Assembly: GCA_951406725.2 (NCBI GenBank)
Contig: OX597818.1
Span: forward strand, 115,630,001-115,694,000
DNA: 64,000 nt
Direction of reading: 5' to 3'
Origin: Octopus vulgaris
Lineage: Eukaryota
Shown here: positions 42,250-54,449 of the stretch, piece after piece
Numbering within the stretch: the stretch's first letter is position 1
Layout of the letters: the number at the start of each line of letters is the position of its first letter
Translations under genes and position numbers: made by a program
The notes under the pieces: model-generated
What the model was told of the DNA's origin: nothing
Database searches by the model: none
Seen by the model: only the letters and a program-made list of their open reading frames with translations

Positions 42250-44530
42250 GTGAGGAGGCTAAACAGGGGTGGAGGAAAAGAGAGAGGCGAGCGGCAAAGG
42301 GAGTGGTGGGAGGAATGATGAAAAGAAACAATAATGGTGAGAGTGGGAGAAAGATAGCGAGAGAGTAGAAAAGGAGAGAGAAGAGTCATAAGGGAATAAA
42401 AAGAATGAAAAAATAGAGGGAGAAAGGGGGAGAGAAGGATGAAGAATGCAAGAAGAGAAACACATGACCAGAATTGATACATGACAATTAGGGTGATGAT
42501 GATGATGATGATGACGACGACGACAATGGCTATTTGTCATCATCATCGTCACCATTATTATTATTATTATAGGGTAACACATTGAAATATGACGTTGTGA
42601 CATTCATGCTGTCTCCAAAATTATTGAGGTACAGCGCAGTAAATTCATTCTGAATGAAGGAGAATCAAAATAGGTTGTGACGTTCCAATGATGATGGCGG
42701 CGGAGAGTGTGATAGCGATGATGGAAGCGATAATGGTGGTGATGGTGGTGACGACGGCGAAGGCGATGATGAAGAAAACGGATGATTATAGCAATGATGT
42801 CGATAACGATAGAAGTGATAACAGCAATGACGATAGCGATGATGATGACAACGACGACGACGGGAAACAGAAACGAACCCAAACGACGAACACTTGCTGA
42901 ATATCAGTGAAGAAATTAGAAAAATTGGAGGAGAAATACTTGAGAAAGAAAGAAAAGACAAATGATTGAATGAAAGTGGCAAATAAAAGAGGATGAGAGT
43001 CAGATAAGTTGATAACAGCAAGGATGATGATGACGACGATGTTTATATTGCTGACAAGTGGTAGCAGAGGTAATAGAGATAGATGAGTGATGATGGTTGG
43101 TGGTGGGAATAAAGTTAATGAGTGATGGGATGGCGGGAAGGAGGAGGGGGTACGACACTTGATGATGATGGTGGTGGTGATACGGGAATGATGGTGGGAG
43201 GAGGGGAGAGCATAATGATAATGAAGAACAATAATGATTTTGACTGGCGATGATGATGATGATGTATGTCGTTGAATAATGGTAGTGGTGGTGGTGGTAA
43301 TGATGCTGACGACGAAGGTGAACGTCGCTGAGCAATGATGGTGACAGCGATGATCATATTATATATTGACCACGAATGACGATTAAGTCGAATACGAAAA
43401 TGATAGTGGAACTTCAACAAGAACAATACAGATGCCTCTACATCGTTTCAACAACGAGATGAAGTGAAATAACAAAGAAATGAAATGAGAGGAGAGCGAG
43501 TTGAAACGAGAGTTGTTGCTGTTTAACCCTAAGCCAGCCTTGATTGTGCCAACCTATGATCAAAGGGTATCGCAGCGGCGGCTATAAAGTTATCTATTCT
43601 GCGATATTGCATCTAGGACCACTTTATTCAATGAGCCATTATTTTTTAAGACAGTAGGGTGTCGTTTGATGGAGATGCGGCTGCTATTTCTAGCACGTTC
43701 GGTGACTGCGAAGTGGCTACCTCGATGGCTTGTATGAGTGAAGGTTAGAAAGATCACTTGCTAGCGTGATCAATATGGGCAAGTGGATTATTGCACTGTT
43801 TTCGTTTATTCGTTTAATGTCGTGTGAACACAATGACGTATTGATGATAATACAGTAAAACAGACAACACTGACAATGTACAAGGGAGAGAGAGAAAGGC
43901 ATATATATATATATATATATACCCATACATACATAAATACATAGAGAATGGGATAGAAAGACAGAGAGAGAAGGAGGAGGCTAAGAGAGAGATGGAGGGA
44001 GAAAAGCAGATGATTTAATGAGGAGGAGGAGGTTGAGATGATAGGAATGATTGAATGGAGAAAGTAGAAAGATGTTGAGTGTGAATGGAAAAACATGAAA
44101 AACTGGAGTAGAAGGAGAGGGGTAGCTAGACAGTAAGAGAGAGGGGGAGTCGGAAGAATGAAGAGAGTAACAACACTAAGAGTAGGATATAGAAAGGAGT
44201 GTAAGGAGGGGGAGAGAAAGATGGCATGTATTAAAGAGAGCGTGCTGTTAGAAATTAATGGGAGGCGGGGTAAAGTACATGAACGAGGGAGAGAGGGAGA
44301 AAAATTAGTTGAATCAACAGACTTCAAGGAAGACGACGGCAGATAATATATACAGAGGATGTGTATGTAGAAGAGAGAGTCGTGGAAGGAGTGAGTTGAG
44401 AAGCGGAGGGGAAAAAAAAGACGAAAAACAAAAAAAAACGATGAATGAGTGAAAGAATAAAAGAGAATGAGTCTTTGAATTAGTGAGTGACAGGTGAAGG
44501 GATGGGGGTTAAATGGAGTCAGAAACAAGC
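42250..44530. repeat. Purine-skewed low-complexity region (GA-rich, (GAT)n/(GAC)n/(GGT)n)
   Basis: Plus strand dominated by G/A over ~2.3 kb, interrupted by an old repeat at ~43513-43720. Confidence 0.8.
43513..43720 (-). mobile_element. Old dispersed repeat with (AAC)n end (SINE-like family F)
   Basis: Motif ctagaaatagcagcc(a/g)...atctcc-tcaaa..accctactgtctta recurs at ~4000, 4760, 14040, 17670, 31100, 31810, 42180, 49950. Confidence 0.6.
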
Positions 44531-44923
44531 AAATGGGAACAAAGTGTTTATATGAAATAAAGATTTAAAAAAAACGAGGTAACACGGGGAAAATATACAA
44601 TTATATATACACATATATACACCCAGTTCAGTGGAAAAGACCTCTACCGTGTAAATAGGTGTAAAGAGAGAGATTCTGTAAAGTACAGAGATATATATAT
44701 AATCAATGGAAATTATACAGAAAAAAAGGAATTATATATATATAATGCGGGTGTATATGTATACATGTGTGTGAATACATGTATAGTTATTTAGATATAT
44801 GTTTATACGCATACACACGTTTTTATGTTCATTTATGATAAAAAAAATAATTGTACATTAATCTGATGGGTTACTCTACACTTTTATGGAATACGAATTC
44901 CTTCTTAAACAAAAATATTACTT

Positions 44924-44973
44924 CTGACAGCGACTTCGAAGTTTCGGCCAGTTAACCCATCGTCGGACTGCAG
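44924..44973 (-). ncRNA. Hammerhead-like motif, CCGACGA core variant
   Basis: Minus: ctgcagt CCGACGA tgggttaactggcc GAAA cttcgaa GTC gctgtcag; palindromic stem III, GUC triplet, stem I with one bulge. Confidence 0.6.
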
Positions 44974-45273
44974 TGTGTATGTGTGCGTGTGCAAGCGTGG
45001 TAGTGTGGTAAGAAGCTTGCCTTCCAACCACATGGTTCCAGGCTCAGTCACACTGTGTGACACCTTGGGCAAGTGTCTTCTACTATAGTCACGGGCCGAC
45101 CACAGCATTGAGTGTATTTGGTAGACGGAAACTGAAAGAAGCCCATCGTGTATGTATATATATATATATATATAAATACATAATAAATTTTAAAAAATCG
45201 AAGAACCAACACAAGATAAGGACATGGTACATGCAAAGTATTAGCAGACACTCAGGGAATGGAAAGAAAGATA

Positions 45274-45310
45274 GCTTTACATTTCGAACACAATGCTCTT
45301 CTTCAGAAAC
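45274..45310 (-). ncRNA. Minimal hammerhead-like motif in a TA-embedded Penelope-like repeat (~45178-45378)
   Basis: Minus: gttt CTGAAGA a gagca-ttg-tgttc GAAA t GTA aagc. Confidence 0.6.
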
Positions 45311-45377
45311 AGGAGATGGAGAGAAGTCCAAGAGAAAAAGAAGATGGAGGAAAAATATCGACGATTCCCATGTGGTT

Positions 45378-45427
<50 letters not shown>

Positions 45428-45548
45428 CAGGGTGTCCCAAAAAAATGTATACACATAGTGGTTCAGCAAAAGAGAAGGATAGAATAAGTACTAGGCTTAC
45501 AAAGAATAACAAATTATTTAAGGTGTGTATACATTTTTTTGGGACACC

Positions 45549-45551
<3 letters not shown>
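45428..45551. mobile_element. 124-bp Tc1/mariner-type MITE
   Basis: Perfect 28-bp TIRs cagggtgtcccaaaaaaatgtatacaca, TA on both sides. Confidence 0.9.
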
Positions 45552-45612
<61 letters not shown>

Positions 45613-46394
45613 CCCCACAACCAATGCTGGTGTGTTTATGTCCCCCGTAATCTAGCGGTTTGGCAAAAACAGAACGATAGAATAAGTACCAGGCTTACAA
45701 AGAATAAGTCCTGGGGTCGATTTGCTCGACTAAAGGCAGTGCTCCAGCATGGCCACAGTCAAGTGACCGAAACAAGTAAAAGAAAAGAAGAATATATATA
45801 TACATATACGCGCATCACATGCACCTAGATCAGTGGAAAAGACCTTTATTGAGTGAAAAGTATGACAGACACACTGTAAAGTATTGTTACGAACATAAAT
45901 CAATAAAACATGGGAAATATGCAGAGTAAAAGAAGAGGAATATCTCTCACTCTCTCTCTAATTATATATACATATATGTATAAATATATCATCCTCTTCA
46001 CTGGACTTGTTGGACAAGTCATGCAGAGTATATTGTAACACATCTTCTAGAGGTCGATGCCCTTCCGGTCACCAACCCTCATCTATCTCCAAGCAAGGTA
46101 ATATTTCCCCCCCTGTTTTTTCCATGGAAGACTGGAAACAAACAATGCTGCTTGTGAGGATAATGATACTCGTTAACAACCATCATGTGATGACAGGTCA
46201 AAGGTACACACACACACACACACATATATATAAAGAAGTCTATCATATATATACATATATATATATACACACACACACACACATATTTACACTATATTCT
46301 TTTATTTGTTTCGGTCATGTGACTGTGGCCATGCTGGAGCACTGCCTTTAGTCGAACAAATCGACCCCCAAGACTTATTCTAACCGATTATGGC

Positions 46395-46590
46395 CTCCTC
46401 TGGTCCCTGTGCCGGTGATACGTAAAAAGCACCCACTACACTTACGGAGTGGTTGGCATTACAAAGGGCATCCGGCTGTAGAAACACTGCCAGGCCTGGT
46501 GCAGCCTCCTGGCTTCCAAGACCCCAGTCGAACCATCCAACCTATGCTAGCATGGAAAACGGACATTAAACAATTATGATGATGATGATA
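46395..46590 (+). mobile_element. SINE B
   Basis: Module + gggcatccggctgtagaaac + (GAT)n tail. Confidence 0.85.
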
Positions 46591-47440
46591 TATACAAGAG
46601 GTATTGGTATCTAGAAGACCCAAAGAGTTCATAGTTTTGATAGTGATTCAAGTGAGGAGTCTAATGGTGTGGGACCTGAATTAGCAAGCATATATATATT
46701 AGACAAATATACATAATATCCCAGAAACAGGTGTAAGATTATATCTATATCTTTTTCTTTATAAATGTCCTGAAAACTCATAGCCTTGGCTTTGTTATCT
46801 CATTTTGTCTTTTATATATATATATATATATATATATGAAGCTTTACATATTGTTGTATGGTTATCGACTGCTATTTCCAGCAAACATTGATGCCTTGTT
46901 GTGCCATTATTTCCTATTTATAATTCTACCTTTATGATGCTTTATTTAGCTGGAAAATAACACTATTGTATTGTAATGATATTTATAATTTTTATATATC
47001 TAAATTTGTGTATATCTATGTGTGTGAGTCTGTTGCCCAACACGGTTGTCAAGCAGTGGTGGGCGACAGACTCACACATCACTGCTTGGCAACCGGTATT
47101 GGTGTGTCTAAATCCCCACTGAACCATTTTGAAGGATTGACTCTAGAGAGAATTAAATGAGTGAAGTTCTAAATAAACCATTTTATTGGGGTTAAAACAA
47201 TAAAAATCTCTCAGATTAATTATTCAAGGCTTCTCTACATTTTATTGTATTGCATCCCTGATGAGCCAGCATCACTAAACATTATAGTGATCCGCACAAG
47301 TTAATCCTTTAAAATTTAAACCAGCTATATCAGACCCAAATATTCTGCCTTATGTCCAGTTTAGCCAGATCTGGCTTCTCACACTTACCCTACCGTGTCA
47401 TTCTAAAAAGAAACTATCCCATCATCGAAATCTCAAAGCT

Positions 47441-47757
47441 ATGCTGGTGGCACGTAAAAAGCACCATCTGAATGTGGTCGATGCCAGCGCCCTTCGACTG
47501 GCTCCCATGCCAGCAGCAGGTGAAAAGCACCATCCAAATGTAGTTGATGCCATTGCCACCTGACTGGCTCCTGTGCCGGTGGCACGCAAAATGCACCCAC
47601 TACGCTCTTGGAGTGGTTTGTGTTAGGAAGGGCATCAAGCCGTAGAAACATTGAAAGATCAGATTGGAGCCTGGTGCAGCCGCTGGTTTTTCAGATCTCA
47701 GTCAAACCGTCCAACCCATGCCAGCATGGAAAATGGACATTAAACGACGATGATGAT
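47441..47757 (+). mobile_element. SINE B with three modules, nested in a TTAA MITE
   Basis: Family match; flanks match the reverse of the 12937-13163 MITE. Confidence 0.85.
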
Positions 47758-47979
47758 ATGAATAAAAGAGGATGACATTTCACAAAACAACCTGAATGCC
47801 AAAGATTTAAAAGTTATTCATATTCATAACTTATGTCAAAGATGTAGAAAATGTCTCCAAAGTTAACTGCTCACAAGTTAGTTATTTTGGTACATGTGAA
47901 AATGATATTGCTGAGAAAACATCTAAAAGGAGTTAAACTTGGGGCTCTCTTAATGAGTTCTACCATTAAACTTGCCTTT

Positions 47980-48835
47980 TATCTTTGACTTGTTTCAGCC
48001 ATTAGACTGTGGCCTTGAACAATTTATAGTCAAATGTATCGAGCCAGGTACTTTTTTTATTTTTATCGATATCTTTTGCCGAACTGCAAAGTTACAGGGA
48101 CATAAATACACCAATACCAGTTATCAAGTGGTGGAGGGGAGAGATAAACACAGACACAGATACATAGATATATGGGGAGAGTTTGCGATATATAGATATA
48201 TATATATACATATGATGTACATTGGTTTATGTGTTTCTTTGCTGTAGCATTATTAAAGTTAGTGTTTAATCCTATCTATAAATTGATTGAATGAATGAAT
48301 GTGGTCATTAGGCATTCACTTTTATATTATTCTATGGAAGACGGTAGGGATTATAATTTCTGTATGACTTAATGGATTGGTCACTGTTTAGTTACATATT
48401 TAAGAGTTGGTAGTAATTTACTTATAGAATTTATTTATCGATACGGATGTACATAGGGTAAATGTGTTTGAATATTGTGGTTTCTTTGGTTTGTTTGTTC
48501 CCAAACAACATTTATTTTAGTGCTGTTGACACTGCCAGATTGAATGGTACTGACCAGGTGTCGAAACCATAATGATATCTGTGGGGCAGCTGATGATGGT
48601 GATATGTTGGATTGTTGGTATGGCTGTTTTTATATATGTGGAATAGTATTATAACACATTCTTTTGATATAAATATATATATGATGGGCTTCTTTCACTT
48701 TCTGTCTACCAAATCCACTCACAAGGCTTTGGTCAGCCCGAAGCTATAGTAGAAGACACTTGCCCATGGTGCCATGCATTAGGACTGAACCAGGAACCAT
48801 GTGGTTGGGAAGCAAACTTCTTACCACACAGCCAC
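47980..48835 (-). mobile_element. SINE A split by a ~450-bp insert (~48215-48670) in its microsatellite
   Basis: Tail half 47980-48160, head half 48680-48835. Confidence 0.75.
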
Positions 48836-48939
48836 TTTAAAAAATTATGTAAACAAATATAAATGAATAATCTAATGAGACAGACATACATAACGATCTT
48901 TTTTTTTTTTTAAGTGCAGAAAGAAAATAAACATTATTT

Positions 48940-49555
48940 GATCTTTTACTTGTGTCAGTCATTAGACTGTTGGGTATGCTAAGGTACTACTTTGAGGAAT
49001 TTTTAGTCCAATGGCCTGACACCAGTATTTATGTTTTTAAAACCTGGTACTTATTTTATCAGTATCTTTTGCCAAACTGCTAAGTTACAGGCTCATAAAC
49101 ACACCAACACCAGTTGCCAAGCAGTGATGGGGATAAACACATACACACATATATGATGGGGTTTTTTTTTTTAGTTTCTTATTTCTTTACTGCCCACAAG
49201 GGGCTACACACAGAGGGGACAAACAAACAGATTAAGTCGATTATATTGACCCCAGTGCGTAACTGGTACTCAATTTATCGACCCCGAAAGGATGAAAGGC
49301 AAAGTCGACCTTGGCGGAATTTGAACTCAAAACGTAACAGCAGACGAAATACCGCTAAGAATTTCGCCCAGCATGCTAACGATTCTGCCAGCTCACCACC
49401 TTTTTTTTTTTAGTTTCTGTCTACCAAATCCACCTTCAAGGTTTTGGTTGGCTCAAGGCTGTAGAAAAGTACTTGCCCCAAGTGCTACGCAGTGGGACTG
49501 AACCTGGAACTATGTGGTTCGGAAGCAGGCTTCTAACCACACAACAACACCTGCA
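48940..49555 (-). mobile_element. SINE A with nested SINE C (49175-49400)
   Basis: SINE C flanked by ttttttttagtttct duplication. Confidence 0.8.
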
Positions 49556-49996
49556 CAGATTATTCATGCTTGGTTTTCATGTTTCATTGTTTTGATGGCA
49601 ATGCCTGCAGAAACAGTGATGCCAAAGTATCATGGCCTTACCTTTCCATCAGTGGTATAGATAAGACAGATTGTCATCATGGGTAACTGATGGTCTTTCA
49701 CAAAAAGCAAAATGTTACTCTGGTCAGTACCTTAAAGAGGAACTTTCAGCTTTGACCAAAGGAGCCTCCTACTTTCTTCCTCCCTCCCTCCCTCCCTCTC
49801 TCTCTTTCTGTAATTATGTGCAAGAGTGTGTTAATCATTTGTATGTCTGCTTTTTATTCAAGAACTACGAAATGAATACCCACAAAAGCAGATATAAATT
49901 TATTTCACCACCTCACAGAGAAAATATGCATAACAACCCTTTTGAGAAATAGCAATCAAATCTCCCTTAAAGATACACCTGTTCATCATTCAGAAT

Positions 49997-50248
49997 CAGG
50001 GCTGTGGAGTTGGAGTCGTGGTGTCGGAGTTGGAAACTATTAAGGAGGAGTCGGTAAAACTATGCTGACTCTGATACACAATATCTTTATTCTTTCATAT
50101 AAACCAGTTATAACATATAGGCCTGCTCAGAGTATATGCTTTATGAGAAATGTAGATCATAATCACTTACTTACATAAAGAGCAGTCAGAATCAGAGGTG
50201 CCAATAGTAGAGGAGTCAGAGTCAAAGTTTTTTGTTTTGACTCCACAG
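49997..50248. mobile_element. hAT-like MITE with GGAGTC subterminal repeats
   Basis: Left end cagggctgtggagt, right end gactccacag (partial TIR), multiple ggagtc/ggagtt units. Confidence 0.55.
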
Positions 50249-50424
50249 AATAATGAGGACCATTTTGTCATCCTTAAAGATGACTGATGGCTTGCACAGT
50301 GATGACTTATTTCAAGTGAAGAAGAGTTGTGCAGCATCGACCTCACTTTCTCATCCATGACCATCTTCAGTCCAGTGGCAAGACAAGGTCAAGTTAACTA
50401 AAGATGGAGACAGATGCAATGGAT

Positions 50425-50700
50425 GTTTGTTCCTTCTCAAGCCATGCCTGGCTCATAAGGGCCGGTTTCCCGGTTTCCTTGGCGTATAGGTCCGTCGCAG
50501 GCAAGCTGCAAGATGCAGGTGGAAAGAGTGAGAGAAAGTTGTGGCTAAAGAGTCAGCAGAAGTTTGCCATTACCTTCTGCCGGAGGCAGGTGGAGCTTAG
50601 GTGTTTCACTCATAAACACACACATCGCCCAGTCTGAGATTCAAACGCACAATCCCTCAACCGTGAGTTCGCTGCTCTAACCACTAGGCCATATGCCTCC
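50425..50700 (-). mobile_element. SINE D, second copy (internal deletion)
   Basis: Reverse complement of 26245-26547. Confidence 0.9.
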
Positions 50701-52163
50701 ACATACAGTGGATGACCGAGATGTCTCACTTGCTTCATCTTGTTCTCTGCACTCCACAATGCATTGCTGCAGCCACCCTTCCCATTCATTGAACCATAAA
50801 GATTTCTTCTGCCAAGTCCACTGAGTCTAGTCTTCACATGCAAAGGTGGCCAAACCATGGTGCTCTAATTAGCCCATAGCTGGGGCCTTGACTGATGCTA
50901 ATATTCAGTGGAGGTCGGGGTCAAAATAGACTTGGGAACTATTGTGGCTAAGAAGTGATCCCATATTCCTCAAATCCCTGGATCATTCATTCATTCATAC
51001 ACACAAGCTATACAGCAATACACATGTAGGGTACACTGGGTATTGTGAACAATTTTTAATTGGCCACAAATGTAAGATGACATAACATAAGTGACATGTG
51101 GCAAACTTACAATTTCTCATTTCTCTTTCAAATGTGTCATCAACATTAATATGGCAGACATCAATCTGACAGAGGAAATGAAAAGGCATGTCACACATGT
51201 AACTCTGGCTGTCACCACAGGAACTCAGAGTACCAGCTTCTTCAACATAACCAGATCTTCTGTATAAAAGATAGGGAAAGAGCTCACAATCTCTGGCAGG
51301 GGATGTTTCATTCTTGGCCAAGAGAAAAGAACATTATGAACAAATAAGACCTTGTCAGGATGGTCAGTCATTCAACAAGTCCAGGATATCACAATGGCAA
51401 TGCCAACAGGTTGTTGAGGTGCACAACCAAGCTGCCCAAGGCGCCAGGGCCCACTATCAGACATGTGGTGCTAAAGGACATCAGGTTCAAAAGCTAAATG
51501 ATGAGAAGAGGACAGCTGATGTACAGCAAGATTAAGGAGAACCCTGTGACCCTGTGGCACTCCAACAGTATGTCACTCCTCCCCCAACTCCCTTTTGAAT
51601 CCCTTCATTTCTGAATCACTGTAGGAGACCAGTGTGATACAGTTCCAAAGACTTGTTGGGGTGGCTGTCATAGATAGGGCGAATAACAAGGTAACTTCAT
51701 TGACACTGGTGCCACAATGAAATGCACCCAGAATGCTCCACAGAGTGGTTGGCAAACAAATGGAAACAGTATAGAATTGAAAGCACTCTTTAGTCTTGTT
51801 GGGGACATGAGCAGCTCTCTGTAAAGTGATTGTGGCTATAAAGTGAACCAAAATGGGGAAACCAAGTAAAAAGGTTTAAAACACATGAAATATTAGCAAT
51901 CTGTATACTTAAAGCATGTATATACTGAAAGCCTTACTAAACTGTGGTATTCATTTTGAGATATCCCTTCAAGACATATAGTGTTGAAACACAGAAAAAT
52001 AGCAGCTGGAGAAGGCCTTAATGCAACATGAAATAAATAAATAAATATATATATATATATATACCATCATCAGTTCCATGTTGGCATGGGTTGGATGGTT
52101 TGGCAGGAGCTGGCCAGACTCCATGTCTGCTTTGGCATGGTTTTCTACAGCTGGATGCCCTTC

Positions 52164-52577
52164 ATTATTTCTTTATTACCCACAAAGGGATAAACATAGA
52201 GAGGACACACAAGGATGACAAAGGGATTAAGTTGATTATCTCGACCCCAGTATGCAACAGGTACTTAATTTATTGACCCCGAACGGATGAAAGGCAAAGT
52301 CAACCTTGGCGGAATTTGAACTCAGAACATAACAGCAGACGAAATATCTATTTCTTTACTACTCACAAGGGGTTAAACACAGAGGGAACAAACAAGGAGA
52401 GACAAAGAGATTAAGTCGATTACATTGACCCCAGTGCATAACTGGTACTTAATTTATCGACCCCGAAAGGATGAAAGGCAAAGTCGACCTCGGCGGAATT
52501 TGAACTCAGAACATAACAGTAGAAGAAATACTGTTAAGCATTTCGCCCGGCGTACTAACATTTCGGCCAGCTCGCTA
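52164..52577 (-). mobile_element. SINE C dimer inserted in a SINE B-related copy
   Basis: 13-bp TSD ctggatgcccttc (52151-52163; 52578-52590); internal junction gaaata-tc-tatttc at 52341-52354. Confidence 0.9.
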
Positions 52578-52774
52578 CTGGATGCCCTTCCTAACACCAA
52601 CCACTTTGCAGAGCGTACTGGGTGCTTGCAACACAGCACCAGCTTGGGTGCGTTTACATACCACTGGTACAGGTACTTTTTACATGGTACCAGCACCCAT
52701 GAGCCTCGTGGTTAGGAATGCTCAGCTAGAGAGGGATGTAAGGGACAAACCTGAATACAAGGACAACCACGCTT

Positions 52775-52980
52775 TTTCTTAGCTTGACATGACTTCTCAA
52801 GCACAGCAAACTGCCAGGAGTCTCGGTCCCCTGTCACCCCTTCTGTGAGACCCAACATCAGTAGATCCACTCTCACCACTTCATCCCATGTCTTCCTGGG
52901 TCTACCCCTTCTACATGTTCTCTCTACAATTAGGGATCAGCACCTCTTGATGCAACTGTCTTCATACGCATTACATGACC
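52775..52980 (-). mobile_element. RTE-clade LINE C-terminal fragment
   Basis: GHVMRM...RGRPRKTWDEVVRVDLLMLGLTEGVTGDRDSWQFAV (frameshifted). Confidence 0.8.
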
Positions 52981-52999
52981 CCTACCTGTACAGCCTTCC

Positions 53000-53415
53000 C
53001 TAGGCAAGGCTGTGTGGTAAGAGGCTTGCTTCCCAACCACATGGTTCCAGGTTCAGTCCCACTACAGAGCACCTTGGGCAAATGTCTTCCACTATAGCTT
53101 TGGGCCCACTAAACCTTGTGTGTGGATTTAGTAGAAGGAAACTAAATGAAGCACATCACGTATGTATGCATGTGTCTATCTATCTATCTATCTATGTGTG
53201 TGAGTTTTTGCATGTGTTCATCCCCCACTACTGCTTGACAACTGGTGTTGGTGTGTTTATGTCCCTGTAACTTAGCACTTTGGCAAAAGAGATCAATGAA
53301 ATAAGTAAGAAGCTTTAAAACAAAATAAGGACTGCAGTTGAATCATTCAAATACAAATTCTTCAATGTGGTGCCCCAGCATGGCCGCAGCCTAATAACTG
53401 AAACAAGTAAAAGAT
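53000..53415 (+). mobile_element. SINE A, older subfamily
   Basis: Head plus tail tgtggtgccccagcatggccgcagcctaataactgaaacaagtaaaaga. Confidence 0.85.
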
Positions 53416-53583
53416 AATACATAAACACACAAACATGTGTGTGTGTGTGATATTTCCCACATGAACTACGATGAAAAAAAATACGAGAAAGATACGGTAT
53501 GTATTTTTTTGGGTGCAGGGATTCCTTGAGACATGCAATTTATTTTAAGGGTTACACAAGGGTGAAACGATTGAGAAACCCTA

Positions 53584-53795
53584 CCCTAGATCTTTGAGGC
53601 CCCTGGAAAAACCAATGCACTGGGTCCTTTTTAATGATAGCAAGTCTCAGCATACATAGATTAGAATTGGGGCCCTAGACTTGTGAGGCACCAGGGCAAA
53701 TCAATGCCCTGGGCCCAATTTGATATCAGCAAGCTACAGCATGTATACAATTACAGTTTGGGCCCTGGAAATGTGAGATCCTTGGGCCCAGTGTG
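53584..53795. repeat. Diverged tandem repeat, ~89-90-bp unit, ~2.4 copies
   Basis: ccct(a/g)ga anchors at 53584, 53673, 53763 with colinear similarity. Confidence 0.7.
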
Positions 53796-54413
53796 TTAAT
53801 GTCTTCAGCCACACTTCCTATACATATTTCTTAGCTAATTAACACACACATACATACATTACTAAGCAACTCGTACACACATTGATAATTAACACTGTAG
53901 CACATAGACTCAGTTAATTAAGTCATGTTCACTGAGCTAATCTACATACCAACATGTACACACATACAGTTAATCAACACAAGCAAGTGTTAACCTGCTC
54001 ATCAATAAATACACGGGCACAGCTATACAATACCCCAATACAAGCATACTTTTTTACTCCAGGCACAAGGCCCAAAATTTTGGGGGAGTGGGGGCAGTCG
54101 ATTAGAGCAACCCCTGTACGCAACTGGTACTTAGTTTCTTGACCCTGAAAGGACAAAAGGCAAAGTTGACCTCGGCAGAACCATACACACACACATCAAC
54201 ATGTATAGACATGCCAAAACAATAGTACACACATACTAACATAAATGTATAGACCTGAAAGCAATCATACCTCAGAACAAGCTTGTATATACACACACAC
54301 ACATATATAGATATATATATATATAGGGAGAATTCACAAAAAAAACAAGACGATGACAGGTGGTGTAGAAAACAAACAGATGTATTAGTATAACGCTCGG
54401 GAATAGAAAAAGT

Positions 54414-54449
54414 CTTTTACGTTTCAAGCCTACACTCTTCTGCAGAAAG
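54414..54449 (-). ncRNA. Degenerate minimal hammerhead-like motif in a Penelope-like repeat (~54326-54510)
   Basis: Minus: cttt CTGCAGA a gagt-gtag-gctt GAAA c GTA aaag; core deviates from CUGANGA. Confidence 0.45.

Larger units (their letters stand above)
44995..45790 (+). mobile_element. SINE A with two elements nested in its microsatellite
   Basis: Head 44995-45150, tail 45610-45790; inserts at ~45178-45378 and 45428-45551. Confidence 0.85.

Noticed and set aside
42604-43426. His/Pro/Ser-rich ORFs as low-complexity proteins
   Set aside because: Arise from (GAT)/(GGT) triplet repeats in several overlapping frames, without splice or homology support.
47255-47285. CTGATGA as another hammerhead core
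   Set aside because: No stem II followed by GAAA and NUH found downstream.
51190-51860. GC-richer stretch with TSLWN...FKREL hint of an L2/CR1 C-terminus
   Set aside because: Too degenerate to assign without a search.
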